From the IMG/VR virus record IMGVR_UViG_3300032155_000032, positions 1 through 38,920 of that record: DNA of 38,920 bases; one strand, written 5' to 3'. Below the pieces are notes generated by a model. It saw nothing but the letters and a program-made list of their open reading frames with translations, was not told the DNA's origin and ran no database searches. Positions 25,400 to 34,529 of this stretch are shown one piece after another. A program made the position numbers and the translations under genes. Source of the DNA: a virus. Taxonomy: Duplodnaviria > Caudoviricetes. Each line of letters starts with the position of its first letter. Within the stretch, counting starts at the first letter, position 1.

Positions 25400-26224
25400 T
25401 TACCGCGCCTCGCGGCACCACCAGATGACCCTGCCGATGATGCGGACCCCATCCGCCAGATCGCCACGCAGATCTACCTCCACCGGAGGATACGCCGGGT
25501 TGAGGCTGCGCAGGATCAGCTTGCCAGGTCTTGAGTCTAGCTGCTTCACCATGACCACGTCCTCTATCCCTACCGCATAATACCCGCCTGCTATGACATC
25601 GCGCTGGGTTTGGTCAATGAGCGCCATATCCCCATCTCGCAGCTCGGGCTCCATGCTGTCTCCGGTGATCTTCATGAGCACCAGCCTGCCTGCGTTGCCC
25701 TTGCGTGAGACCCATTCCCGCCGGAAGGCATAGCGCGCCTCCACATCATCATCCGTCTCCAGCGATCCGCTGCCAGCAGATAGACGTGCCCGCACCAGGG
25801 GCACCCACGCGGCCTCTTCTGCCTCCTGCGCCAGGTGGTCGATGGCCGCTATGGCGCTTTCCAGCAGCGGCCTCCCCTCATCACCTAGCGCGTGCGCTTG
25901 GAGTATCTGCTGGGCGATCCGTTGTCCCTGCCCTGAACTGGCGAGAGACTGCGCTGCTCGGGATGATTCCGAGAGATGCCTCAGACGACGAGCTAGCTCA
26001 CGTTCTCCCTCTTCCTGGAACACCGGCCCCTCACCGGTCAGCAGCCAATCGGAACGGACACCCAGCTTTGCCACCAGCGCCTGCGCCTCTGCCTGGGTCA
26101 ACTTTTGCACCCGGCCCGACACCAGGTTTTTTATCCTCTGCGGAGGCACGCCAATCAAGTCACCAAGCTTTTTCTGAGTAAAGCCGGTGAGATCAAGTAG
26201 GGTGCAAATTTTGGCTGAAAGCAT
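25400..26224 (-). CDS. Prophage repressor (HTH plus S24 peptidase)
   Basis: N-terminal HTH, DWLLTGEG, LSAGSG cleavage site, GDSMEP and MVKQL catalytic motifs. Start position uncertain. Confidence 0.9.
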   Translation of the reverse strand: MLSAKICTLLDLTGFTQKKLGDLIGVPPQRIKNLVSGRVQKLTQAEAQALVAKLGVRSDWLLTGEGPVFQEEGERELARRLRHLSESSRAAQSLASSGQGQRIAQQILQAHALGDEGRPLLESAIAAIDHLAQEAEEAAWVPLVRARLSAGSGSLETDDDVEARYAFRREWVSRKGNAGRLVLMKITGDSMEPELRDGDMALIDQTQRDVIAGGYYAVGIEDVVMVKQLDSRPGKLILRSLNPAYPPVEVDLRGDLADGVRIIGRVIWWCREAR

Positions 26225-26263
26225 CGGGAACCTCTTGTCAAGGGTCAAAAAATGCACTATCAC
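26097..26263. promoter_or_regulatory. Immunity region: candidate early promoter and three operator-like sites
   Basis: TTGTCA(26235)-17 bp-TATCAC(26258). G(T/C)CAA-N4-TGCAC occurs at 26097-26110 (+), 26202-26215 (-) and 26244-26257 (+). Confidence 0.55.
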
Positions 26264-26324
26264 GAGTCAACACAGTCGTTCGCAAGCGACCACTCATGCG
26301 CCCCAAAAAAAAGAGGACTACGCC

Positions 26325-26564
26325 ATGACCATGCCTGCCTCCAGGAACGTCCGCACCCCGCAGGAGGTGCGACAGGAGTTTGAGAGGAAGGGTCTTTCCA
26401 TCGCCAAATGGGCCTCCGCCAACGGATTCAATCCGAATCTGGTCTCCGACCTGCTGGCCGGACGCAAGAAGGGCATCCGGGGGCAGGCCCACAAGATCGC
26501 CGTGGCGCTCCGCCTGAAGCGAGGCGAAATCGTGGACGACCGCGACATCGCCACGGCCATTTGA
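26325..26564 (+). CDS. Ner/Cro-like DNA-binding protein (BcepMu gp16-like)
   Basis: RTPQEVRQEFERKGLSIAKWA...RGQAHKIAVALRLKRG motif; divergent from the repressor. Confidence 0.85.
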   Translation: MTMPASRNVRTPQEVRQEFERKGLSIAKWASANGFNPNLVSDLLAGRKKGIRGQAHKIAVALRLKRGEIVDDRDIATAI

Positions 26565-26610
26565 GCGGCGACCATGACTACTCCTGTACAGGCGCGTGAC
26601 GGGAGACGCA

Positions 26611-27060
26611 ATGTCTAAGTGGCGAGCATCTTTTGACAAGGGAACGGTGCAACTCACCCTCCCCTTGTCCAGCCTGCCCTCGCAGAAGGTGCGCAGCGGC
26701 GGACTGCGGACCTCGGAGGCCGTCAAGGAGGCGCTGCGCCAGGCGCTGCGCAGCTGCGGCCTCTCGCGCGAGACCGTGGCCGACGAGCTGACCAGGCTCA
26801 CCGGCGAGCGCGTCTCCATCCACCAGATCAACAACTGGGCCGCGCCCGGCAAGGACGAGCGCTCCATCCCCCTGGAGCAGCTCGCGGCCCTGACCGTGGT
26901 CACGGGCGATGCCGGGCTGGCCAGGGCCGCCCTGGAGGCGGCGGGCTTCCTGGTCCTGGGGCCGGGAGAGGCCCCGTACTACGAACTGGGACGCCTCACT
27001 GCCGAGGAGCGCGAGCGCGCCAAGCGGCGCAAGGAAATCATGGAGAGGATCAAGACATGA
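26611..27060 (+). CDS. CII-like phage regulatory HTH protein
   Basis: GLSRETVADELTRLTGERVSIHQINNWAA helix-turn-helix segment. Confidence 0.6.
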   Translation: MSKWRASFDKGTVQLTLPLSSLPSQKVRSGGLRTSEAVKEALRQALRSCGLSRETVADELTRLTGERVSIHQINNWAAPGKDERSIPLEQLAALTVVTGDAGLARAALEAAGFLVLGPGEAPYYELGRLTAEERERAKRRKEIMERIKT

Positions 27061-27674
27061 TCGCCATCGCCCCCATTCTGACCCTGGCCCAGGGCCGCCC
27101 GGTGGTCTCCAGCCTGACCGTGGCCGCCCACTTCGGGAAGAGCCACAAGCATGTTTTGCGGGACATTCAGCACCTCATGGAGAGCTGTCCCGAAGATTTC
27201 AACGGGCCCAATTTTGGACCCGTTGAATACCTCGACGGCAAGGGCGAGATGCGGCCCGCCTTCAACCTGACGCGGGACGCCTTCTCGCTGCTGGTGATGG
27301 GCTTCACGGGCCGCAAGGCCCTGGCCTGGAAGCTGCGCTACATCGAGGCGTTCAACGTCATGGAGGCCGAGTTGACGCGCCGTGTCCGCGAGGAGGCCGG
27401 GGCGTCCATTCAGGCGCAAACTGAGGGCCTGCGGCGGATCGAGGCGCGGCTGGCCGCCATGGAGGCCACCACGCGCGGCGATCCCGTGGAGGTTCTGCGG
27501 CTGAGGCTGCGGGAAGAAGCCAGGAAGCGCCTGCACCCTGAAACCCTGGCCTGGAAGGGCGACATGGTGGCAGGCGTCGGCCCCAAAGGCGCGGCGGCCT
27601 TGGAAATCCTGTTCCTGCGCAACGCCCTGTATCCCTCCGCGCCCAAACCGAGGCGCAGGAGGAAGCGGTCATGA
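27057..27674 (+). CDS. Rha-family regulator
   Basis: SSLTVAAHFGKSHKHVLRDI and LTRDAFSLLVMGFTGRKALAWKLRYIEAFN motifs. Confidence 0.92.
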   Translation: MIAIAPILTLAQGRPVVSSLTVAAHFGKSHKHVLRDIQHLMESCPEDFNGPNFGPVEYLDGKGEMRPAFNLTRDAFSLLVMGFTGRKALAWKLRYIEAFNVMEAELTRRVREEAGASIQAQTEGLRRIEARLAAMEATTRGDPVEVLRLRLREEARKRLHPETLAWKGDMVAGVGPKGAAALEILFLRNALYPSAPKPRRRRKRS

Positions 27675-28345
27675 CGGCCCCTTGGATCATCCTCCCCGGC
27701 TATTTGGGCTACGAATTCCACCCGGCCTCGGGCCGCTGCCGCCACATCAACGGCTGCGACGTGCCCACGCTGCGCGGGTGCTACCCCCTGTGGCGCGACG
27801 GTCGCCGCGAGATGATGAGCCCGCAGCAGCTGCGCGCGCTCACGGCGGACAACACCCTGGGGGCCGAGCCCACGGCCAAGGCCGTGGCCCGGTCAGCGCG
27901 CCACGTGAAGGCGCTGAAGAATGCCGTTCTCAGCATGGCGGATGATCTGCGCGATGTGGCCGACGATTTTGAAGGTTTCCGTGCATGCGCCGCCCTGCGG
28001 TCGGCAATTCTCGACCACCGGATTGTCGCTCTCCAGCGCGGCCTGCGCCGCATGTCAAACAAGCGGGCGGCCCTCCTGAACGAGATCACCCGCCTGCAGG
28101 GCCGCGTGGGCGAGCTGGCCCGGGCGGCCCTGGCCTCAGAACGCGCCACCGCGTGTCCCGACTGCGAGGCGCTGCGCCGCGAGAACCACGACCTACGCAA
28201 CAGCGCCCAGGGCTACCACAGCCGGGGCATCGAGCACTCGCTCAAAGCTGTCGAGGACATGGCGACCGAGCGCGACGCGCTGCGCACCGTGGTGGCCGAG
28301 CTGCGCGCGGAGCTGGCCGTGTACCGCGTGGGCGATTCCCTTTAG
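27671..28345 (+). CDS. Hypothetical coiled-coil protein
   Basis: 224 aa, ATGA overlap, GC3-rich codons. Confidence 0.55.
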   Translation: MTAPWIILPGYLGYEFHPASGRCRHINGCDVPTLRGCYPLWRDGRREMMSPQQLRALTADNTLGAEPTAKAVARSARHVKALKNAVLSMADDLRDVADDFEGFRACAALRSAILDHRIVALQRGLRRMSNKRAALLNEITRLQGRVGELARAALASERATACPDCEALRRENHDLRNSAQGYHSRGIEHSLKAVEDMATERDALRTVVAELRAELAVYRVGDSL

Positions 28346-28370
28346 TCCCTCAACCCCTGCCGAGGCAGCA

Positions 28371-28553
28371 ATGAGCAACAGCATCTCCATCACGATCAAG
28401 GGGCCTGCGGGCCGGGTGACCGTGCGGCGGGCCTGGCGCGTCCGTGGGCGGGCCGAGCGCATCTCCATCAAGGGCACTCCCCCACGCGAGGCCCTGGCCC
28501 GCATTCTGGAGGTCATTGACACGCTCGAAGAGCAGGGGGCGGCCAATGGCTAA
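28371..28553 (+). CDS. Small hypothetical protein
   Basis: GAGG RBS; internal ISITIKG/ISIKG repeat; overlaps the next start codon. Confidence 0.5.
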   Translation: MSNSISITIKGPAGRVTVRRAWRVRGRAERISIKGTPPREALARILEVIDTLEEQGAANG

Positions 28554-28857
28554 GACCGAAGGCGGATCGAGCGCGCGGCGGGCGCTGCGCGTGCTGAAGG
28601 CCCTCAAGGGCCGGTCCCTCCAGGGGCTGGCGGTCAAGGAGATCGCCACGGTCCTGGACGAATCCGAGGTCAACATCTGCCGCGCGCTCGACGCGCTGGA
28701 GGCCGAGGGTCTGGCGGCCAAGCTCGACACGGGGCGCTGGGCGCTCACCGTGGGCATGCTGCAGATCGCCGAATCATACCAAAGGGAGATGGACGCGGCC
28801 ACCTCCCGGATCACGGAACTCAGGCAGCGCGTGGCCGCAGGCGCGCACAACCACTAG
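28546..28857 (+). CDS. IclR-like HTH protein
   Basis: SARRALRVLKALKGRSLQGL...NICRALDALEAEGLA motif; typical of B3-like early regions. Confidence 0.75.
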   Translation: MAKTEGGSSARRALRVLKALKGRSLQGLAVKEIATVLDESEVNICRALDALEAEGLAAKLDTGRWALTVGMLQIAESYQREMDAATSRITELRQRVAAGAHNH

Positions 28858-28861
28858 GAGG

Positions 28862-29857
28862 ATGGGCATGGAACAGGCTCTCATTGATGTCATCGCGGAG
28901 ACCTCGGAATCCACGTCCCCTGTACTCGCCGACCCCATGACCGACGAGGAGCTGAAGGCGGTCGAGACCATGGCGCGACAGGGCCACGCGGCGGACGTGG
29001 CCATCATGGACAGCTACGAGGTCGTGGAGGCCGCCGGGCAGATCAAGGCGCTTGATTTCACGAAACACGTTTCGGAAATCGCCATGGCCCAGGCCGCCTC
29101 CCGTATCCGCGCTTCCAAGAAATACAAGGGGTTGCCGTACAAGGGGCCTGATGGAAACCCGAAACATGTTTCGGATTTCGACGAATTCTGTGCCGTCTTC
29201 CTCGGCCGCTCAGGCCGTCGCGTCCAACAGCTGATGCAGAACCTGCACACCCTGGGGGCGGAACTGTACGAAGCCTCGCTACAGATCGGGTTCCGGGCGC
29301 GCGATTATGCGACCCTGAAAGCCCTGCCCGCCGAAGACCAGGAGATTGTTAAGCAGGCCCTGGAGGCCGAGGACAAGGGCCAGGTGTTGGACATCCTGCA
29401 GGAACTGGCCGCGCGCGCGGCCGCGCAGAAGGAGGCCGACGCCAAGGCCCTGGCCGAGGCCCAGGCCGACCTGGAAGCTAAGGACGCGCTCCTCGCCGAG
29501 AAAACCAAGCGCAACGACAAGCTGGCCACAGAACTGGAGAAGCTCAAGCGCCTGCCCGGCGACAAGTCCCTGGAGCTGCGCCTGGCCCGCGAGAAGGACG
29601 CCGTGGCCAGCATCGACACAACGATGGTGAAGGTGCTGGGCGCGATTGCCGAGCACCTGCAGGGGCTGGAAACTGTCCTGGAGGCCGACGTGTCCCTCCA
29701 TACCCGCGAATACGCCTGCAACTCGGCCAGAATGCTCTGCGAGCACATCGCGGACCTCCTGGCCAAACACGGCATTGCCGTGGATCTGCAGGAGATCGTG
29801 CGGCCCGAATGGACCCGCGACGTGGCCAAGACGCAGCTCACCGGGGGCGAGGGATGA
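28862..29857 (+). CDS. DUF3102-like protein upstream of the transposase
   Basis: SKKYKGLPY...FDEFC...LGRS...LGAELYE...IGFRARDY...LKALP motif, then a coiled coil. Confidence 0.6.
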   Translation: MGMEQALIDVIAETSESTSPVLADPMTDEELKAVETMARQGHAADVAIMDSYEVVEAAGQIKALDFTKHVSEIAMAQAASRIRASKKYKGLPYKGPDGNPKHVSDFDEFCAVFLGRSGRRVQQLMQNLHTLGAELYEASLQIGFRARDYATLKALPAEDQEIVKQALEAEDKGQVLDILQELAARAAAQKEADAKALAEAQADLEAKDALLAEKTKRNDKLATELEKLKRLPGDKSLELRLAREKDAVASIDTTMVKVLGAIAEHLQGLETVLEADVSLHTREYACNSARMLCEHIADLLAKHGIAVDLQEIVRPEWTRDVAKTQLTGGEG

Positions 29858-31605
29858 ACGCGCCGCTGGGCGAGATCGACCTCCTGCGCGACCTGGCGGC
29901 GCGGCTCGCCGAGGCCAAGCACGGCGAGAAGACGGGGCTGGTGGACGCCGCCGCGCGCACGCTCAGCTGCTCGGTGCAGGACGTCTACCGCCGCCTCCGC
30001 GTCCTCGGCATCTACGACTCGGGCCGCAAGCCACGCAAGGACAGGGGCACGTTGACAGTGCCAGAGGACGTTGCCGTAAAGGCCGCCGCCCTGGTGACCA
30101 AGGCCACGCGGCGCAACGGCAAGCGGACCATGCCCATCACCGTGGCGCTCGACGTGCTGCGGGAAAACGGCGAGGGCGCGGTGGACGCGGCAACCGGCGA
30201 GGTTCGCCTCGACGTTTCCGCCTCCACGCTCAGTCGGGCCATGCGCACTTACGGCTGCCACCCGGCCACGCTGCGCCAGGGCCGGGCCGTCTGCTCGCTG
30301 CGCTCCGAGCACCCCAACCACGTCTGGCAGGTGGACGCCTCGATCTGTGTGCTCTTCTACCTGCCGGACGGCGGGCTCAAGGCCATGAGCGAGGCCGAGT
30401 ACTACAAGAACAAGCCCGCGAACCTGGAGCGCATCAAGCGGCTGCGGGTCTGGCGGTACGTCATCACCGACCACTACAGCGGCTGCCTGTACGTGCGCTA
30501 CGTGGCCAGCGCGGGCGAGACGGCAGAAGGCCTGACGGACGTGTTCCTGCACGCCATCACGAAGCGCGGGCAGGACGACCCCATGCACGGCGTGCCGCTG
30601 ATCCTGCTCATGGACCAGGGCAGCGCCAACCTGAGCAAGTTGTTCATTAACCTCCTCAAACGTCTGGACGTCCGTCACCTGACGAACCTGCCGGGAAACC
30701 CGCGCGCCAAGGGCCAGGTGGAGCAGGCGCAGAACCTCGTGGAGACGCAGTTCGAGGGGCGGCTCGCCTACATGCGCGTGCAATCCCTGGAGCAGTTGCA
30801 GGACGCGGCGGACAAATGGCGCGCCCACTACAACGCCTGGGCGCACCACGCGCGCCACGGCAAGAGCCGCAACGACCTCTGGCTGACCATCAGCGAGGAG
30901 CAGCTGCGGCTGGCCCCGGCCATGGAGCTGTGCCGGGAGCTGGTGACCATGGAGCCGGTGGAAGTGCGGGTGCGTCCCGACATGACCATCACCCACAAGA
31001 TCAAAGGCTATGGCCGTCAGGCCTACGACGTGCGCCTCCTGCCCGGCCTGACCCCGCGCTGCAAGGTGCAGGTGGTCGTCAACCCCTACAGAGTCCCGGC
31101 AGTGGACGTGATCGTGCGCGATGCGCGTGGCGACGAGCAGACCTGGACCGTGGAGCCGATCCTGCGCGACGAGGCGGGATTCCGACTGGACGCTCCGGTA
31201 ATCGGCCAGGAGTTCAAATCGCTGCCCGACACCGTGGCCGACAAGCGCGTCAAGGAGATCGACGCAGCCGTGCCCGCCACAGGACGCGACGGCGGCGAGG
31301 CCCCCTACGGCCTGGACGTGATGGCCGACGTGCGCGAGGCCCCCACCTACATCACCCGGCGCGGTCGGGATCTGGGCCTGGACGCCAGCCGCCGCGAGAT
31401 CGCGCCGCTGTCCGTGGTCGAGGCCGCCAAGAGGTTGCGGGCGCAGCTCGGCGCATCCTGGACGGCGGAGAGCTACGCCTGGCTGGCGCAGCGCTACCCC
31501 GGCGGCGTGCCCGAGTCCGAGCTGGACGGCATCGCGGCCCGCCTGGTCGAGCCCGAGACCAAGCCCACGGCCCTCAAGCTGGTGGCCGCCGGAGGTGCGA
31601 GATGA
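29854..31605 (+). CDS. Mu-like (B3-type) DDE transposase A
   Basis: RKPRKDRG, HPNHVWQVDASICVL, YVITDHYSG, MDQGSAN and NPRAKGQVE motifs. Confidence 0.92.
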   Translation: MNAPLGEIDLLRDLAARLAEAKHGEKTGLVDAAARTLSCSVQDVYRRLRVLGIYDSGRKPRKDRGTLTVPEDVAVKAAALVTKATRRNGKRTMPITVALDVLRENGEGAVDAATGEVRLDVSASTLSRAMRTYGCHPATLRQGRAVCSLRSEHPNHVWQVDASICVLFYLPDGGLKAMSEAEYYKNKPANLERIKRLRVWRYVITDHYSGCLYVRYVASAGETAEGLTDVFLHAITKRGQDDPMHGVPLILLMDQGSANLSKLFINLLKRLDVRHLTNLPGNPRAKGQVEQAQNLVETQFEGRLAYMRVQSLEQLQDAADKWRAHYNAWAHHARHGKSRNDLWLTISEEQLRLAPAMELCRELVTMEPVEVRVRPDMTITHKIKGYGRQAYDVRLLPGLTPRCKVQVVVNPYRVPAVDVIVRDARGDEQTWTVEPILRDEAGFRLDAPVIGQEFKSLPDTVADKRVKEIDAAVPATGRDGGEAPYGLDVMADVREAPTYITRRGRDLGLDASRREIAPLSVVEAAKRLRAQLGASWTAESYAWLAQRYPGGVPESELDGIAARLVEPETKPTALKLVAAGGAR

Positions 31606-32789
31606 GCGCCCGCCACGAGCTGCGCCTGAAGGCCATGCTGCCCCTCCTGCGCGTGTCCCAGCGCGAGCTGGCGCGGGCTGCCGGGGTCTCCCCCAGCACC
31701 ATGAACGAGATCATCGCGCGCAACGCCTGGCCGAAGCAGGCCCGGCGCGAAGACATAACAGCCCCCGTGGAGGCGCTCCTGCGCGAGCGCGGGGCGTCGG
31801 ACGAGGATCTGGCCACGGCCTGGCAGCCGGTGGCTCCCAAGCACAAGGCGAAGGCCGCCCGGAAGGCGGCCACGGACAACAACGCGGAGGATGAGACCAT
31901 GTTGATGCGCAGGCAGGCCCTTTTCCCCAACACGAAGCGGCATTTCAACCTGGTGGCGGACCCCTTCAACTGCGACGTGCGCAGCCACGACGACGTGTAT
32001 CTGAGCGGCGACGTGCGCTACGTGCGCGAGGCCATGGCGCACACGTCCAAGCACGGCGGCTTTATGGCCGTCGTCGGCGAGAGCGGCTCCGGCAAGAGCA
32101 CGTTGCGGCGGGATCTGATCTCGCGCCTGGACGCCGAGGGTGCCCAGGTCAAGATCATCGAGCCCTACGTGCTGGCCATGGAAGACACCGACAAGAACGG
32201 CAAGACGTTGTCCAGCATCCACATCGCGGAGGCGATTCTGCGGGCCGTGGCTCCGTTGGAGAAGTGCTACTCGTCGCCCGAGGCCCGCTTCCAGCAGCTG
32301 CACAAGGCGCTCAAGGACAGCCACAAGGCTGGATTCAAGCACTGCCTCGTCATCGAAGAGGCGCACGCGCTGTCCATCCCCACCATCAAGCACCTCAAGC
32401 GATTCTGGGAGCTGGAGCACGGCTTTGCCAAGCTCCTGTCCATCATCCTGATCGGCCAGCCCGAGCTGCACCACAAGCTCAGCCAGTCCAACCACCAGGT
32501 CCGCGAAGTGGTGCAGCGCTGCGAAGTTGTTGAGCTGCGGGCGCTCAACGGCAACTTGGGCGAATACCTGGCGTTCAAGCTCGGACGGGCTGGCGCGGAC
32601 ATCACCAAAATCATCTCCGAGGACGGCATCGACGCCATCAAGGCCAAGCTCACCGGGCAGCAGCGGGGGCGTGACGCGGTGAGCCTCTGCTACCCGCTGG
32701 CGGTCGGGAACCTGTTGGTAGCCGCCATGAACCAGGCTGCCGAGATCGGCGCGCCCCTGGTCACCGCCGACGTGATCCGGACTGTGTAG
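31602..32789 (+). CDS. MuB-like transposition ATPase (HTH plus ExeA-type AAA)
   Basis: N-terminal HTH, GESGSGKS, LVIEEAH and LIGQPEL motifs. Confidence 0.9.
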   Translation: MSARHELRLKAMLPLLRVSQRELARAAGVSPSTMNEIIARNAWPKQARREDITAPVEALLRERGASDEDLATAWQPVAPKHKAKAARKAATDNNAEDETMLMRRQALFPNTKRHFNLVADPFNCDVRSHDDVYLSGDVRYVREAMAHTSKHGGFMAVVGESGSGKSTLRRDLISRLDAEGAQVKIIEPYVLAMEDTDKNGKTLSSIHIAEAILRAVAPLEKCYSSPEARFQQLHKALKDSHKAGFKHCLVIEEAHALSIPTIKHLKRFWELEHGFAKLLSIILIGQPELHHKLSQSNHQVREVVQRCEVVELRALNGNLGEYLAFKLGRAGADITKIISEDGIDAIKAKLTGQQRGRDAVSLCYPLAVGNLLVAAMNQAAEIGAPLVTADVIRTV

Positions 32790-32808
32790 CCAAAGGAAGG
32801 AGGAACAT

Positions 32809-33312
32809 ATGGCACGGAAGAAACCCACTATCGAAGGCATCGCGGACCTGGAGCAGGCAAACGCGGCCCTGGCCGAGATCGCGGCCATCCAGCGCGAGCT
32901 GGGCCTCGTCGAGGCCGAGATGAACGAGACCATCGACAAGGCCAAGGCGTTGGCCGAGGCGGCCAAGGCCCCGCACGCGGCGCGGCTCAAGGAGCTGGAG
33001 GCGGGGCTCGCCGCCTACGCCCTCTACAACAAGGGCACGCTGTTCGCGACCAAGAAGAGCGTGGAGACGGCGCACGGCGTGATCGGCTTCCGGCAGTCCA
33101 CCAGCATCGCCGCCCTGAAGGGCCTCAAGCTCGCGGACGTGCTGGCCAAGGTGCAGGAGCTGGGGCTGAACGAGGCCGTGCGCGTGAAGACCGAGCTGGA
33201 CCGCGAGGTCATGCGCGGCTGGCCGGACAGCCGCCTGGCTGCCGTGGGCGCGCAGCGCAAGGTCGAGGACACCTTCTACTACGAGGTCAAGGCCGAGGAA
33301 CTGGCCGCATAG
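32809..33312 (+). CDS. gam: Mu Gam-like host-nuclease inhibitor
   Basis: N-terminal coiled coil, KKSVETAHGVIGFRQS and EDTFYYE motifs. Confidence 0.88.
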   Translation: MARKKPTIEGIADLEQANAALAEIAAIQRELGLVEAEMNETIDKAKALAEAAKAPHAARLKELEAGLAAYALYNKGTLFATKKSVETAHGVIGFRQSTSIAALKGLKLADVLAKVQELGLNEAVRVKTELDREVMRGWPDSRLAAVGAQRKVEDTFYYEVKAEELAA

Positions 33313-33331
33313 GCCGAAGGAGAAGTGGCGG

Positions 33332-33640
33332 ATGTACGCTGACAAAATCGAGACAAACGCGATGGCATTGGGCGTGCTGGCCGGGCAAATCCCGGAGTCC
33401 GCATGGGGCGTGGTCAAGCTCGTGCGGGACAACCTGCTGGAGCAGGCGCAATCCGTGCGGTCCATGGAGGAGCGGCTCCTGGTGCCCGACGACGAGGAGG
33501 GTGCTCTCACCTGCCCGGACGGCACCGGCAAGGATGGCATCCTGGGCATGTACCCCGGCGAGGCAGTGCCGTGGGAGGTGTGCGAGGCCGCAGCCTGCCC
33601 GCATCGTGATGTCTGCGGCTGCTGGAGGAGCGACGCGTGA
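33332..33640 (+). CDS. Hypothetical protein with a Cys-rich C-terminus
   Basis: 102 aa in the operon, AGGAG upstream. Confidence 0.55.
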   Translation: MYADKIETNAMALGVLAGQIPESAWGVVKLVRDNLLEQAQSVRSMEERLLVPDDEEGALTCPDGTGKDGILGMYPGEAVPWEVCEAAACPHRDVCGCWRSDA

Positions 33641-33885
33641 GCGCCATCCGCGAATCGCGCCGCGCCAGCCGGGCGTATGCCGCAGGCGGCGTGCGCACCA
33701 AGGGCGGCGGCCAGGTGCCCAAGCGAGCGCTCATCGCCGCCGAGGCGTCGTCCCTGGCGCACCGCTCCCTGGCCGTCCGCCTCGGCGGCGTGCTCAAGGA
33801 TCTGCACGCCAGAGGCCTGGTGCCCGACGACCAGACCACAACCACCGAAACCCTCCTCCGGCGCGTCGAGGCGCTGGAGGCGTAA
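33637..33885 (+). CDS. Hypothetical protein
   Basis: GTGA overlap; fills the gap before the HU gene. Confidence 0.5.
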   Translation: MSAIRESRRASRAYAAGGVRTKGGGQVPKRALIAAEASSLAHRSLAVRLGGVLKDLHARGLVPDDQTTTTETLLRRVEALEA

Positions 33886-33901
33886 ACCCAAGGAGACAAG
33901 C

Positions 33902-34186
33902 ATGAACAAGGAACAGCTGATCGCGAAAGTGCAGGAACGCTGCGGCCTCAACGTGACCAAGACCACTGTCGAGTCCATCGTGAACGCCGCTGTGCAGGTG
34001 ATGGGCGAAACCTTGGCGCTCGGCGACAAGGTCACCCTCGTGGGCTTCGGCACCCTCAAGCCCGTGGCCCGCGCCGCCCGCGAAGGCCGCAACCCCAAGA
34101 CAGGCGAGACCGTGTTCATCGACGCGAAGACCACGGTGAAGTTCAAGGTCGGCAAGGAGCTGCTGGAGGCGGTCAATGGGCACTGA
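33902..34186 (+). CDS. HU-family DNA-binding protein
   Basis: MNKEQLI...VTLVGFGTL...AAREGRNPKTGE...KFKVGKEL motif. Confidence 0.93.
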   Translation: MNKEQLIAKVQERCGLNVTKTTVESIVNAAVQVMGETLALGDKVTLVGFGTLKPVARAAREGRNPKTGETVFIDAKTTVKFKVGKELLEAVNGH

Positions 34187-34529
34187 CACCACCTGCATCG
34201 GTCTGTCCGCGTGCGGCGGACCGTGTGACGAGAGTTGCCCGGGCAACAGGGAGACGGACGGGGACAAGAGCATCACGGCCTTTGTCTGGGCCAACGGGCT
34301 GATCCAATTCGGCGTGACGGTCCCCGACGGCGCGCTGCCTGTGCTCAAGGGTCCGGAAAAGGCTGTGCGCGATATCATCGACGTTCTGGCCGTGCACTGC
34401 TGGGACAACGTTTCCCTCAAGATCGGCGATGTGGCCACGGCGAAGAACGACGACGATGCCCTGGAAGCCGTAAGGCGGTTCTCTGCTGAGGCGTGGGGGC
34501 GACTTTCCAAGGCTCATATCTACAGCTGA
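34176..34529 (+). CDS. Hypothetical Mu-like semi-essential-region protein
   Basis: AFVWANGLIQFG..VPDGALP motif; in the operon. Confidence 0.55.
   Translation: MGTDTTCIGLSACGGPCDESCPGNRETDGDKSITAFVWANGLIQFGVTVPDGALPVLKGPEKAVRDIIDVLAVHCWDNVSLKIGDVATAKNDDDALEAVRRFSAEAWGRLSKAHIYS

Noticed and set aside
26236-26241. Minus-strand TTGACA as the -35 of the repressor promoter
   Set aside because: No plausible -10 at 16-18 bp, and it would place the start inside the predicted CDS.
31602-32789. ExeA/type II secretion ATPase
   Set aside because: It has an N-terminal HTH, is coupled to the transposase and has no secretion genes nearby, so it is MuB-like.
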